Assembly: GCF_902459465.1 (NCBI RefSeq)
Contig: NC_047082.1
Coordinates: 7,006,001 to 7,070,000, forward strand
DNA from: Asterias rubens
Taxonomy: Eukaryota
Direction of reading: 5' to 3'
Length of the DNA: 64,000 nucleotides
A program made the translations under genes and the position numbers. The stretch's first letter is position 1. Every line of letters begins with the position of its first letter. This document shows, one piece after another, positions 1 through 13,321 of this stretch. A model generated the notes under the pieces. The model saw only the letters and a program-made list of their open reading frames with translations. It ran no database searches and was not told the DNA's origin.

Positions 1-1318
1 AAGGGCTCCTTTACTATTTCTGTCAATTCTAAGGTAACACAGAGAGTAAAGTAAACTAATAGGCTGCTTGACTAAATAATTGGTCTTATAATCTATCATG
101 CACCCAGACTCTGTCTAGTTATGTTTTCTAAGATTTATTAGGGCTTACGGTCAAGTATTGTAATATCATGTACTTATTATTGTTTCTCTTTTCTTTTCTT
201 TTCCCTAATTGTTTTGTTTGTTAATTGACTCGCTCCCACGTTGCCTCCCTTGTCGTTGCTGTGCACCGCTCACTATTTTCAGTTTCAATAAACTTGAGTA
301 TCTCGAAACCACGGTGTGGTGTGTTTGCTTATTCTACGTCTATAACAAATTACGCAACCACCCCCCTCCACACAAGGCAACGTGTTCCTTTAAGCTTAAT
401 GTGATGGTCACTTGAAGTGCTGTTTGCTGCGTAAGTTTAACCTCTGTTCGTTTCAGAATAAAGAAACATTACATATTAGTTTTTCTAACAAAACAGTTGC
501 TGGCCGTGTAATCCATCATAATATATTAACCGACAAATCTGTAGAAGTTTGACATCGATCGGACATCTATGGGTCAAGAGAAAATATTGAAAAACCGATG
601 ACACATCTTGCATCACATCGATTTAAAAAAACTCACTGATACAAACGGAAAATTTGTTTTATTTTTTTCTTATCAAATTGACATTTAAGAAAAACATATT
701 TAAGGGATGTTTTCTATTATTAGTATTATTAGATCGTGTTTTTTTGCAAATCTATGATCTTCACATTTTTTTTCTCCTGCCAATTAGGTAATGTTCCTTT
801 AAAGTTTAAATTTGTATTCATAGAGGCGCTTACGAGGGACTTTTGTGAAACTTGACAATTTTGCTTAGAGTAACACTGGTCGAACTATTTTTTGTCAGTG
901 TTTGATCAGTTAAACATTTTCTTTTTCGCCCAAACCGAATAGGATTCTCAATGTGAGACGTGTCATCGGTTTGTTGTACTGGTGCGCTTAAGTAGCCACA
1001 ATATCAGTTTCCTAACAAAAGACGGTGCGGTACCTATGGTAACAGTGTTTTTCTGTTGTGTGTAGAACCTTGACCAAAATAAATAACTCGCTGTTTTCAC
1101 TTGCGATCTACGGCGCAATCAATTACACGGTTTTTGCAAACCCGTCCTTCGTTGCATCTTGCATTATTTTAAGGTTGTAGGCCTTTACATGTTAAATCCA
1201 TTCATAGCTTGAAGATTAACTGGACATTCCTGGAGTTTGTCAATATTTGAAAGGGGGGCGGCTCTTTTAAGATATGAAGACTAAATACAGTTGCACTGTT
1301 GTTTTCAAGGAGTTCAAA

Positions 1319-2052
1319 GGCCGGCTCACACTATGACGAATGGGGGTACAGCAAGTCTCGTTAAGCTGCGAATTGCAATTTTGAATTTACCGCCACCGTC
1401 AAATTTCGCTGACGAATCCGCTAGCGACCGCAGACGGCAGCAATTATCCGTCCCCAAACTGTCAGCATGTTGAACATTTTGTGGCGGCCAAAATTTTGTT
1501 TTGCTTTCGTTCAGATTTCATCGGAGAACACAACTCTCATTTCCTTGACGCAGACGGCCGCAATTATCAGTCGCTTGATGATTCCATGCCGTGCGATTCC
1601 GTCTCTAGTCGTTTTGAGGTCGTCACTATTTCTTAGGTAGTCGTTGTCTGAGTGGATGACCAGAACGTTGTGAAGAGTGGGAACGCCAAACTCAACTACT
1701 GTTACGACCCGCACACACACATACACACACAGGCCTGGTGTCGGCCTTTGAGTCACGTCATCGTCACCGCAACCCACCGTTAGCCGCCGTTCCTTGCCGC
1801 CAGCCAATCCGCTGCCCACCTTCAAACCTCTTTCCTTGTTGCCTGGCTCCGTCGAGACATTGTCACTCACCGCCTAGAAAACGTCCGACCGCAGCCATTC
1901 GTCCCTTGCCGGCGTATTGTCGGTGAAGGTTTTTCCCACCAGTCAGAGATTTTTGGGTTTATCCCTTTTGCCGTTGCTTTGCCGCCAACGTTTTGGTATT
2001 TTCACGTTCGTCGCCTTTCGCTTGGTCTTTGCCGCTACTATGTGAGCCAGTC
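1319..2052. mobile_element. Non-autonomous TIR DNA transposon (Harbinger-like), CpG-rich interior
   Basis: Imperfect terminal inverted repeats ggccggctcacact ... atgtgagccagtc. A second copy starting about 19984 is truncated at 20536 by a LINE. The two copies differ by 1-nt indels, so the internal ORFs are not conserved. Confidence 0.55.
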
Positions 2053-2380
2053 TTTTAAAGGGTCCAGTGTGTCAAATGTATTATACTTTAAATTACAAAT
2101 CAGATGTTTTATTCCTTTAATTCAACTCCCACAAAATATACTGTAACAACAAAAATCATTTGAAAGGAACTTTACATCAGCCGTAAAATAGCGTCACTTT
2201 CGTTTCATACTGGTACAACCTTCTTATAATGTATTGCCACACTTCGAGAAGTTTATTATGATGTAAAATAATTAACCACTCCTCTAATGAAGTATCTCGC
2301 TTCAACCATACGAATAGATGTGACAAACTATACATGCTGGTGGTTTTAAAAGATAACAGATCGGAAAAAATTGCCCGTAC

Positions 2381-2447
2381 CTTCAGAAATTTCCGATGAA
2401 AAGGAAAAAGCAACAAGTACGACCAGCGGCACTATGAACTGCGCCAT
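2381..2447 (-). CDS. Signal-peptide first exon (copy A) of a FReD paralog; downstream exons would lie left of the window
   Basis: 67-nt exon encoding [22 protein letters not shown] plus 1 nt, with donor GTACGG. The peptide is identical to the leader at 24316-24382. Confidence 0.75.
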
Positions 2448-3129
2448 TTTAAGATGTTGGTCTTCACTGCAGCTATACACCAAATGGAATACACTCAGTG
2501 GCTCGGCGCAACACCTTCGTAAACAAGACACACTTAACCATTACGCCAATGGTGTGACCTCGGGCGATAGTTTGTTTTTCTTTGAGCAAGGCCCAATGGA
2601 GATTATAATAAAAAATATTTAAGCGTCTTGGTCAGTTTAGAGTTTGGAAGCTTATTTTCCTTGATCATCCAAGACTCATCGAACATAAACTTTGCCAATA
2701 AATATTGCATTTGGAGCATAATTGTTTTAATTTCAATTTTGAATCCCCAACACGTTTATATGTATTTTTACACAATTATTATTCTCTTAACGGCAAAATA
2801 ACTTAACAAGAAAGTGTTTTTTTTAAGTGTATTTTAATTGCTAACTAGTTATAGGGCCTACTAATCAAGCTCTAGATCGTGTGGTTCAAACTCAGTTGCT
2901 TCTGAATAATATATACCCCAGTGAACAATGTACTGTTTTGCCTGCTTCAAAGCATTACTAATAACCATTAATAATTAAATAAATAAGAATACAAATCATA
3001 CAGTTATTGTTCTTCACAATCAAAGCATGCTGCCAACTTATCATAAATTATCATATTCACCTCAAGTACTCTAATACAAAACACCTTGTAAAGCGTGGCG
3101 TACCAATTTAGAGTTGCTTTCATTGTACA

Positions 3130-5265
3130 TCCATGCACCAGAACAGTGTAAAAACATCACTCCCCGCAACAATATCCCTTGGTACTCTCATCACATCAGA
3201 TTGCACAAGCAGGCCGTAAGGCGTGCAGAGAGGCGCTGGCGCCGATCCCGACGTCAGACAGACCGCTCCATCTTCATTGCCAAGAGAAACGAACTAAAGC
3301 TGCTGACCAGTAACGCTAAAACTAAATACATGAATGCTAAAATAATGGAATGTTCCAGTGATCCCAAACGGTTATTCCAGACGGTGAAGAATCTTCTTGG
3401 GGCAACTAAAAGCATTACACTACCAAGTCATAACAACGACACAGACTTGGCCAACAGATTTAGCACCTTCTTCAGCGACAAAATTAAAGCTATTCGAGAT
3501 TCTACTGGAGGACATACAACACTCACTTCCAATCTCCCACCTACTTTCGTTCCTGAACTTTCAACATTTGAGCCAATTTCCATTGTTGATATCGTGCAGA
3601 TCATCGCTTCATCACCAAACAAGACATGTCGTCTCGATCCAGTTCCTACCTGGATTGTCAAGAAAGTGCCCATGTCTTTCGCACCAGGCATCCAAACCAT
3701 CGTCAACTCTTTCCTGGCAGCTACCAAGGTTCCGGAAGAATACAAGGTAGCATATGTTACACCTTTGCTGAAGAAAGACAGCCTTGATCCTGAGCAACTG
3801 AACAATTACCGACCGCTATCAAACTTGCCATTTATCTCCAAAGTTCTGGAGAGAATTGTCCTACGCCAACTCACAAGTCACTTGGAGGACAACCATCTTC
3901 TAGAAGACATACAGTCTGCATACAGAAGAGGACACAGTGTTCAAACCGCTCTCGTCAGAGTTTCAAACGATCTTCTTCAATCCATTGACAATCGGCAGAT
4001 GGTCTTACTAGTTCTGCTGGACCTATCTGCTACCTTTGATTCAGTGGACCATCAACTTCTACAGCAACGGATTATCACAGCGGCTCGGTGTGACTGGCTC
4101 TGCTTTGCAGTGGATAAAGGCATATCTTAATACTGACAGGTCTCAAACGGTGTGCATTGCTCAAAGCAGATCTGAATCCATGCCCCTAGACTGCGGTGTC
4201 CCTCAGGGCTCAGTTCTTGGTCCTGTTCTCTTTACGACATACACTCTACCACTAGGCGACATCGCTCGACATCACAACGTCAAGTTTCATCTATATGCCG
4301 ACGATACCCAGCTCTACATATCCTTCATTCCTGGTGTAACCGCAGATGAGTTCTTCAAGCAGATGCACGAATGTGTTAGCCATATTCAACCGTGGATGAG
4401 TCGTAATTTCCTGTGACTGAACGCGGAAAAGACACAAGTTCTTGTTATGGGATCGCGGCACGACCATGCAAAGTTTACTTCACAACAGTTCTCAATCAAC
4501 AACCACGATCTGTCCGCCTCCAAAAGTGCACGCAATCTGGGAGTTGTATTCGACAATCTGTTCAACATGGAATCACACATCTCAAGCGTGTGCAAAAGCG
4601 CTAACTTCCATCTTCGTAACATAGCCAAAATTTGCAAATACTTGTCTCTGGTGGATACAGCTGAGAAAGTCATCCATGCTCTGGTCTCCTCCCGCTTGGA
4701 TTGTTGCAACTCGCTCTTGGTTGGGCTGCTAGCTGCATCTACTTCTCGTCTGCAACGTGTTCACAATAATGCCGCTCGAGTCGTTGTCCAAGCCAGAAAA
4801 TACGATCACATTTCGCCAGTCCTAAGACGCCTACATTGGCTCCCCATCGCAAAGAGGATCACCTTCAAAATCTGCCTCCTTGTGTTCAAAGTTCTGCATG
4901 GACAAGCCCCACAGTATCTTTGTGAACTCATCTTCACCAAGCACAGCAGTCGTGCTCTACGGTCTGCTGGGTCTCACTTGCTGGTAGAGCCAAGGTCTAG
5001 AACAATTCGTTACGGAGACCGTGCTTTCGCCAAAGCTCCTCCTGCCCTTTGGAATAAGCTCCCAGTCTCACTTCGCCAAACAACATCTCTCAACAACTTT
5101 AAGAGGGAACTGAAAACACACTTGTTCACTTAGACTTTCATTGGGTTTCATTATGTTTTGTTTATTCTTCATTTTCTATTGTATAATGTTTTCATTTTGT
5201 GTAGGCGCCTTGATCGGTTTTCTGGAAAAGTGCGCATTATAAATCCATATTATTATTATTATTAT
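3130..5265 (+). mobile_element. 5'-truncated L2/CR1-group LINE (RT region), decayed
   Basis: RT motifs NYRPLSNLPFISK, LLDLSATFD, GVPQGSVLGP, LYADDTQLY and the C-terminal LHWLP motif. Frameshift near 4071 and in-frame TGA at 4414-4416. L2-type 3' end with an (ATT)n tail. TACA occurs at both ends (3126-3129, 5266-5269); the empty site is at 25163-25166. Confidence 0.95.
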
Positions 5266-5761
5266 TACACCGGCAGAGTTTTAGTTTACGGTCAGCGCGT
5301 TTCTTATTGCAATTACTTACATCATAATTATAGACTTTCTCTCCAGAAATAGCACGACCATGGTTCAACACGTAATATTCGTTCTGCATATTGTCCTATC
5401 GTTAAAATTTCGAAACACATTCTTGAAAACTTGAACTATCGAAAAATTGAGTATAATATCATTGCATGGGTTTTTATATGAACGAGCGCACACGCAATAC
5501 GACTTTAAAGGAACACGTTACCTTGGATCGGACGATTTGGTCTGTAAAATGCGTTTGTAACCGTTTGTTATAAAATGCATATGGTTAGAAAGATTGTGTA
5601 AAAGTAGAATACAATGATATACACAAATATCCTTCGAAATTGCGTGTTTTTCCTTTATCGTCGACGACTCCCATAAATGGCCGACCGTGTTTCTTCGCGA
5701 CGTAAAAGGAGGCATGTTCATGTGTGGATCATTATATTCTACTTTTAAATTATCTATTTAA

Positions 5762-6135
5762 AGGCAGTGGACACTATTGGTAATTACTCAAAATATTTAT
5801 TAGCATAAAACCTTACTTGGTGACGAGTAATGGGGAGAGGTTGATGGTATAAAAAATTGTGAGAAACGGCTCCCTCTGAAGTGCCATAGTTTTCGAGAAA
5901 GAAGTAATTTTCCACGAATTTGATTTCGAGACCTCAGGTTTAGAACTTGAGGTCTCGACATCAACCATCTAAACGCACACAACTTGGTGTGACAAGGGTG
6001 GTTTTTCTTTCATTATTATCTCGTTAGATGACCAATTGAGCTAAAATTTTCACAGGTTTGTTATTTTATGCTTATGTTGAGATACACCAACTGTGAAGGC
6101 TAGTCTTTGACAATTGCCAATAGTGTCCACTGCCT
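5762..6135. mobile_element. Kolobok-like MITE family A (AGGCAGTGGACAC termini, TTAA TSD), nested in a family C MITE
   Basis: TIRs flanked by TTAA at 5758-5761 and 6136-6139. The empty TTAA site is in the paralog at 25683-25686. Confidence 0.88.
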
Positions 6136-6187
6136 TTAACCATATGCATTTCATTGTAAATAACCACACCCAGTGTTCTTCGTTAAA

Positions 6188-6802
6188 CCATGGAGGAAGG
6201 AAGAGAAGGAGTTCGAGCGAAGGGACTTCAAAAGTCGAACCAGTGGTACCGCGGTCGTTAAACGACACCTCATAATCGCCCACGTACCTTACACAAACAA
6301 TGGGCGACCTGGCGGGCGTGAGTTTGCGCGTGCGCACTTGGTTCTTCACACAAATGTGGTGTTGTATGTCGTATGGATATAATAAAGAAAAAAAAAAAGT
6401 TTTTAGAGACCTAATAAAATTTGTGGCCACTTGTGGTCACCAGAACGAAAAAAAACACAATTAAATACCAACCACCCTCGTGTGCTTATACCAAAATTTT
6501 GATCCACCGCTAGTGACCGGAAAGTTACAAAAATGTAAAAATATGCTTTGAAATTTCCATGAAAACACCACAAACGGTAATGAAGAAGTGTATATTCGCA
6601 ATTCTTGCCTCCAATGATTCAACTTTACACGAAGGCAACAGTGCAGAGTGGCTGTACCACGTCTCTGTACAAAAAGACTTAATCGCGCTCAGGAGGTCAC
6701 CTATCTTGTTCCACTGGTCAGACAGGGGCATTGTCAGGGTTTTCTTTTGTTACTCTGCGGCTTCGCGGACCGTTCATACCCCTTCTCTTCCTTCCTCCAT
6801 GG
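6188..6802. mobile_element. TIR element (CCATGGAGGAAGGAAGAGAAGG termini)
   Basis: About 22-bp TIRs with TTAAA on both flanks. An internally rearranged paralog lies at 25809-26197. Confidence 0.7.
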
Positions 6803-6823
6803 TTAAACAGACGCTCAGACATT

Positions 6824-7562
6824 GGGCCGAATAAATAAAAACTAGCATTTGCTTTTACTAGCCTGTTACTTAAATCCTTATAAATAAAAGTAAGCCTTAA
6901 TATTGCTAGTAATTGGTCGAACTAGTAGGTAAAAGCAATGCGTGAAGGATTAACAAATTTCGATAAGTTTAAGAAAAGGCATGAGAATTTGCCCAAATCT
7001 CTATAAATAACCTTTTACTGGAAAGACGCCATTTACTTGAACGGATTAGTAAATGGTCAGAGAAAAGCACAATTGCGGGGTATTCAGGAGTATAACAATA
7101 GAGGCATGGACTCGCTGATCTATAGCGATTAACTGCAACGCAAGCGGGCAGTTTCCACTACGTCAAGTTTTTGATGGCGGCTATGATGAGGAAACAGCCA
7201 GCCTCTCCACGCCAGAGCTCCAGAGATTGGTACTTTTAGAGCAATTGAAGTTCACAACAAATGTATAAGTAACATTTATAGTTGGATCATTAGGCCAAGG
7301 GAAAAATAACCCTTTAATACTGACCCGATACCGAGCCATATATGCAACACTGTTGTGTAAGTAAAATCTCAAGCTCATCATACAGTAGCTTCTAAAAATG
7401 TTTACAGTATGTTAGTAAAATGTCGTTTTTATTTATATGTCTATAAGCTTAAGGTAATCCCGCGAGCAAAATGTTCACGCCTGATCTTTTACTTTTCAGT
7501 CTCCTTGCTAATGATAGACCTTTAACTTGATAAGTAATTGCTAGTTTTTATTTATTCGGCCC
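6824..7562. mobile_element. Harbinger-like MITE, present only in duplication copy A
   Basis: Perfect 24-bp TIR GGGCCGAATAAATAAAAACTAGCA with 3-bp flanks ATT/TTT. The empty site is near 26217. Confidence 0.8.
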
Positions 7563-7803
7563 TTTATGTCTGTCATTTTGTTTTTCTGCCGGAATAATCA
7601 GTCTACCCGCAGGTCACTCGATATAGTAAATTTCCTTTGTGATTTATCTGCATGAGCGGGTGTGATATTTCGTGCGTGAAAAAAAATAATTACATTGTAA
7701 TTAGGTTTCTAGGTAAATTATGTGGCGCATTGGTTATTCATACAATGTCGTTTCATTTGTACAACCTTTTAATCATGTATTTTCCGACGTGTTGAAAAGT
7801 TAA

Positions 7804-8372
7804 AGTCACCTGGAAATATAATTAATTTTCTTTCAAACATAAGAGTATATGCTTACGAACAATAAAACAATTTTGTTAGTAATTGTTTGTCATATGTTAA
7901 AAAAATATATAAAGTTGTTTGGGGGCTGACTCCGCCTACCCCTTTTGTGACGTAAATCGAGGCAGACTTTGCCTGCAATGCGTATAGTAAACACACGTGC
8001 AAAGTACATGTACGTCCAAGTCGTGAGTTGGTACATTTCAAAAAGTGTTTTTTCTGCATTCAGCAGCAATACACCTGGTCGGCATTGCCGGAAAAAAACC
8101 CAATTTTGTTGTTGTTGAAACGTACAAACTCACGACTTGGTCCGTACATGTACTTTGCAATTGTGTTTACTCTACGCATTACAGGCAAAGTTTGCCTCGA
8201 TTGACGTCACGAACAGCGCCCTCTCGGGTCGGGGTCTACTCTTAAATTTGTAAATAACATAAGAACTGATTTTTTAAAACCTTAGTTAACTGTTTATTCA
8301 CATTCCACTCATCAAAACACATATATTAGTGACAAAAGCTTTATTTTGAAAAAATACCACTTCCAGGTGACT
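7804..8372. mobile_element. TTAA-flanked MITE family E (AGTCACCTGGAA termini) with internal foldback
   Basis: TTAA at 7800-7803 and 8373-8376; internal inverted arms about 7965-8030 and 8140-8215; a related element is at 26562-28111. Confidence 0.8.
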
Positions 8373-8436
8373 TTAACTATGATACAAAATAATGACAAAC
8401 TAGTCTAGTGGTTTCGGAAGCATGAAAATGTCTTAC

Positions 8437-8503
8437 CTTCAGAAATTTCTGATGAAAGAGAAAAAGCAACAAGTACGACCAGCGGCACAATGAACTGCGC
8501 CAT
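8437..8503 (-). CDS. Signal-peptide exon (copy B, more diverged); orphan or alternative first exon
   Basis: 67 nt encoding [22 protein letters not shown] plus 1 nt, donor GTAAGA. Flanking sequence 8390-9320 is homologous to the copy A and C upstream regions. No FReD body exon was found between it and copy A. Confidence 0.65.
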
Positions 8504-10005
8504 TTTCATGTTCTTGTCTTCAAGGCAGCTACGCAAGATAGAATGCACTCAGTGACTTCGCGCAGTGCCCTTCATAATCATCGCACGCTTATACCAATAC
8601 GTCAGTTGTGTGACCCTGAGAGATAAGTCGTTTTTAATTGAACAACGATGACAACAGCAATACATAGAATAAAATTAACAAACCATTTTTGTCAGTTTAA
8701 GGTTTCTGAAAACATAAAACTCTGTTTATGGCTATAAATAATTATTTAATTTAAAAAATAAAAAATAAAACACAATAAATTTTGAATTCCAAACACCGTT
8801 ATCTCTTTTTTTTTATTAGAACTCGACAAGTAAACATTAAGTGTGTCCTCGCATGGACGCGCCCCGGTTCATATGTTAAAAAAGACTATACATACAAGAA
8901 CAATCTTATATTAAATTAAAACTGGTAATTTATTGGATAAATTAATAAACAAACCAATGAAAATTAAATTGTTATTCTCAAAAATGTTCTTGTATCCTAG
9001 TTATAATTATATTTAACCATGCAATGTATCGCATTTCTAAATATTTAACACAAACAGGTAAATTTAAGTAATTACATAAAGAACAATTAAACATACATAT
9101 TTAAAACGAACAAAACTGTTCATCAGTATCAAAGCAGGGAGCCAACTTATCATAAATTATCATATCCTACTCAAATAATAAATACCCACCTAATAAAAGC
9201 GTGTCGTGTATTTAGAGGTACGTCCATTGTCACCGGCCGATGCGCATTACGTACATACTTACTATATTATAAAGACCCCTTAGTAAAAACGCAGTAACCT
9301 TTCATTATCTGCATTCGTCAAAAATATGAGAACAAAAAAGAGCCATCGACAACTGGGAAGAATCTTATTACGTTGTGCTATATTGCCAACAAACTTAGCA
9401 TTTTATTTTCTAAAGGTCTGTTTTAAACTAATAGCCTCAAGTCTAAAATTCTTAAGGATAGCCGGTTTAATAAAGCGACCAACTTTAAAAGCAAATTTCT
9501 TCGAACAACAAGGAACCCTCGTGCATTGTATGTCATTCTAGAAGCGTTTTACATAATATTTTACCGACAAATTTTAAAACTCAGATTTTGTCTTTCGGTT
9601 TATGTTTTACTTGCGAGAATAGGAAGTCGAAGAAGCTACCCGAAAGACATGATGAACCTAGAGGAAAATTTGCCAAACGTGAATTAATTCGAGTAATTTT
9701 GATTGTTGAGGGGCATGCTTGAAGCTTGCGCCACTGGTTACGGTTTTGTTTGGCACTGCATGCGATTCACCGTGCAGGGTATCCATATGCCAGCAGTTTG
9801 ACGGCACATCGGGCCACAAGTTACTTAGTTATCAGACTTAAAGTAAATACTACATACAGGCACCCATGTTTTATCGTTACGGTACATTTTGGGATACAGA
9901 TTCTTGAAATAAGGTCCTGGATACATGATTAATTCATATTGTTGTTAAGTGCCATGTAATGAATGCATCGGTTTCAGATTGAGACCGCTCGTGGTGAAGC
10001 CAGTG

Positions 10006-10120
10006 TACACACCGGTCACACACACAGGTCACACACGCCGGTCACACACGCCGGTCACACACGCCGGTCACACACGCCGGTCACACACGCCGGTCACATA
10101 CGCCGGTCACACACGCCGGT
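10006..10120. repeat. 13-bp minisatellite (CCGGTCACACACG)n, about 8 copies
   Basis: Direct inspection of the tandem units. Confidence 0.95.
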
Positions 10121-10501
10121 GGCCGGTAAACTAATTTTTGGCCCATACCAGTTGAACCTCAATGGCAAACATTGTTTCCCAATAGCCGATTACGCTACCA
10201 ATGTTGTGATCACGTGACCTGAGATGGGTATAGAAAAAACAGCTACAAAGACATGGCAAGACTCGTACAGATGGACCATTAAGCGGCTGTACTTTTGATA
10301 AAATAACACTTTTAATTCAAAACGACGCCCTTTTTATAAAGTTGAAAATTGTGACAATGTTTTTAATCATATTTTCTGTTTGATAAATCAAGTATTCTCC
10401 TACGAAAAGAGGTTTCTTTTGAGAGTATGGTTAGACCAGGTAAGTCAATTCCGCCTTCATATCTGTAAGATTATTATAAAAGGAACTGGCCTTCGAATTA
10501 A

Positions 10502-10876
10502 AGGCAGTGGACACTATTGGTAATTGTCAAAGACTAGCCTTCACAGTAGGTGTATCACAACATATGCATAAAATAAGAAACCTGAAATTTGAGCTCAATC
10601 GGTCGTCGAAGTTGAGAGATAATAATGAAAGAAAAAACACCCTTGTCACACGAGGTTGTGTGCGTTTAGATGGTTGATTTCGAGACCTCAAGTTCTAAAC
10701 TTGAGGTCTTGAAATCAAATTCGTGGAAAATTACTTCTTTCTCGAAAACTATGGCACTTCAGAGGGAGCCGTTTCTCACAATGTTTTATACCATCAACCT
10801 CTCCCCACTACACGTCACCAAGAAAGGTTTTATGCTAATAATTATTTTGAGTAATTACCAATAGTGTCCTCTGCCT
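10502..10876. mobile_element. Kolobok-like MITE family A
   Basis: TIRs with TTAA flanks; a further fragment lies at about 10985-11130. Confidence 0.85.
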
Positions 10877-11215
10877 TTAAACATATAACAAGAAAAGAAG
10901 AATGAGATGACCACAATTGACCTTTCCGTAAAAACCAATTTGCAAAAGGTATATGACTTGATGTCTCGTTTATAAGAGTGGGCGTAGAGCTCAATTGAAA
11001 TATTGGTATATAGCACATTAGTATTACGAGTAATTGGGAGAGGTTGATGGTATAAAACAGTGTGAGAAACGGCTCCCTCTGAAGTAGCGTAGTTTTCGAG
11101 AAAGAAGTAATTTTCCTCGAATTTGATTTCGATTTGATTTGTTTCAACGTTGTTACCTTATGTTGCATTAGTTTTTAATGTATATAATACTGTCTTTTAA
11201 TATTTGTATTTTAAG

Positions 11216-11612
11216 GCAAAGAACTGACTGGAAAAGGCCACAACGTAATAGTCCTTCTTGGTGAGTGTATGCTGACACAAGTAGACACAACGAAGCACGA
11301 CATTTTTCATTTTGAAATCTACGACTGCGGAGTAACGGCGAAAGAAGAAGCCGCCACCACAGCTATTTTCGGAAAGTTGAGTCTCACCGGTGAGCTCTCG
11401 TCCTTCACGTGGTATGCAAAGATGTGGCTTGGTCTCCTGCCCAACGATCCTGAAATATCGGCTCTGAGGAAGCGTATTTTTGACAAGGGCTTTGAAAAGA
11501 GGTACGCAGAGCTGAAAGATGTCAAAGAACGCCTGCTTACCCTCGACCCCTGCAGCTGAACATCGTGCTCTGCAGAGGGGTGTTGACGAGAGAAGCTCAA
11601 CCTCTTTCCCAG
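11216..11612 (+). pseudogene. Isolated exon resembling the N-terminal part of a UDP-glucuronosyltransferase
   Basis: Acceptor ttttaag before 11216. It reads KELTGKGHNVIVLL...LLPNDPEISALRKRIFD...LTLDPCS*, resembling the UGT motifs L.xRGHNVTVL and LL.....L....FD...DP. In-frame TGA at 11557-11559; donor-like ag/gtaaac at 11612. No other UGT exons were recognised. Confidence 0.45.
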
Positions 11613-12243
11613 GTAAACTCTTAGAGATGCCATGTCAGATTTTTGTCCCCAAACATTAAAAAATATATGTTTTTGAGTGAATGGTATTTCAAAGAGTATC
11701 ACCCGCTGTTACGAAAAAAATGTTTAACTTTTACTTTTAATGGTCAGGAACCCTTACATAAATTTAAAACGTTTCTTATAAAACAAATAAGAATTGGTCA
11801 CGTGATATATTGTCGGGATCCCGACAAAAACTAATTTTGAGCACTTTGTTTCACTGCTACTAATAGGCTCAAATGAAAGCTTGTAACTTTCTCGACCCCC
11901 ATAAAATACCTATCGAATTTTAAATCAAAATTTTGGGGTCAAATCGGCCAAAAATCTGACATAGCATCTTTAAGGTGACAATGTAGTAGACTGGTCCCCT
12001 AGTTTTACAAAATCAGTGAGTTCATTGGATACAATGATTTCATTGGATAAACGTGCAGTGACGTAGCTTTCTATATCTGTGTTTTGATTGGTCAGGGGGG
12101 TAACGCTTGGCAGCTGCGCAGTGTCAAGTTAGTGATGCACGCAGCGTGGATCTCAAGCGTGCGGATACAGATACAGATACGTACAAAGTGTCGACGTATC
12201 GGTATCTGTATGTGTATCCGTAGACTTGTGTAACCTCTCTATT

Positions 12244-12395
12244 GGGTACGTTCGTTTAGCTTCCCTGGGTCGACCCCGGTGTGTGGCGTTTTCTTTTTCC
12301 AGGACGAACTTGTGCAGATAATTACCCACGTTCGTCCTGGAAACAAAAACCGCCACACACACGGGTCGACCCAGGGAAGCTAAACGAACGCACCC
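12244..12395. mobile_element. 152-bp foldback MITE, 3-bp TSD ATT (Harbinger-like)
   Basis: About 65-bp inverted arms starting GGGTACGTTCGTTTAGCTTCCCTGGGTCGACC, with ATT on both flanks. A related remnant is at about 16095-16190. Confidence 0.85.
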
Positions 12396-12944
12396 ATTGT
12401 TGGGCGTAATTCACGATCCTCGAAGTGTGACGTCAAATGTTTAGGCTAACAGAAGAATGTTTCGTCTGTTCGCTCAGCCCCAGCGGCCTGTAGGTCTACC
12501 CAGGACGGTTTTAAGGCAAGGCGCTGGGAACGAGCAAATTTTGTCTGATGATTGGGTTTTTGACGCCAGGTGGCGGTAAACATTGGCCTTGCTCAGAGCT
12601 TTACATTGAGATGAATTGCCACAACTTGCGATTAGACGCCATTCCGTTCAAAGAAAGACAAAAAGCAGATGGAAAGAAACCCATAATGGGAAAATACAGG
12701 GTGGGCTGTATTTGGAAAATGGGGGTCCAACAACCACGTGACCACAGAAAACATAACGGTATCTATGACGTAACTCTTTGAGTAGGGCGCCCCCGCCCAG
12801 ACTTCAAAAGGATGTTGGTGTAAAGCAGAAAAAACTGCGGAGTTATTTTTGTCGCTTAATAAGCCAAAAAATGTGTTGGGCACTATAGTTGCAAGGATAT
12901 AAACGTTATGGAATTTTGGCTGGTTATGTACATGTTTCTGTTAA

Positions 12945-13321
12945 AGGCAATGGACACTATTGGTAATTACTCAAAATAAGTATTAGCATAAAACCTTTCT
13001 TGATGATGAGTAATGGGGAGAGGTTGATGGTATAAAACATTGTGAGAAACGGCTCCCCCTAAAGTGCCATAGTTTTCGAGAAAGGAGTAATTTTCCACGA
13101 ATTTGATTTCGAGATCACAGATTTAGAACTTGAGGTCTCGAAATCAACCATCTAAATGCACACAACTTCGTGTGACAAGGGTGTTTTTTCTTCCATTATT
13201 ATCTCGCAACTTCGATGACCGATTGAGCTCAAATTTTCACAGGTTAGTCATTTTATGCATATGTTGAGATACACCAAATGTGAAGGCTAGTCTTTGACAA
13301 TTACCAATAGTGTCACTGCCT
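12945..13321. mobile_element. Kolobok-like MITE family A
   Basis: TIRs with TTAA flanks; a right-end fragment also lies at about 13575-13670. Confidence 0.85.

Larger units (their letters stand above)
375..7679. repeat. Segmental duplication copy A (FReD leader exon, part of intron 1 and upstream region); paralog of 19046-26332
   Basis: Long collinear near-identity: 375-1893 matches 19046-20536; 2095-3129 plus 5270-5760 match 24045-25690; 6140-6320 matches 25685-25930; 6770-6823 plus 7563-7679 match 26165-26332. Confidence 0.93.

Noticed and set aside
1-300. Possible 3' UTR of a LINE ending in aataaacttga
   Set aside because: No coding remnant inside the window to confirm it.
1511-1926. ORFs of 119 aa (-) and 62 aa (+), and the 100-aa ORF at 20286-20588
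   Set aside because: They lie inside a TIR element. The two copies differ by frameshifting indels, and the phase-1 splice from the leader hits a stop after two codons.
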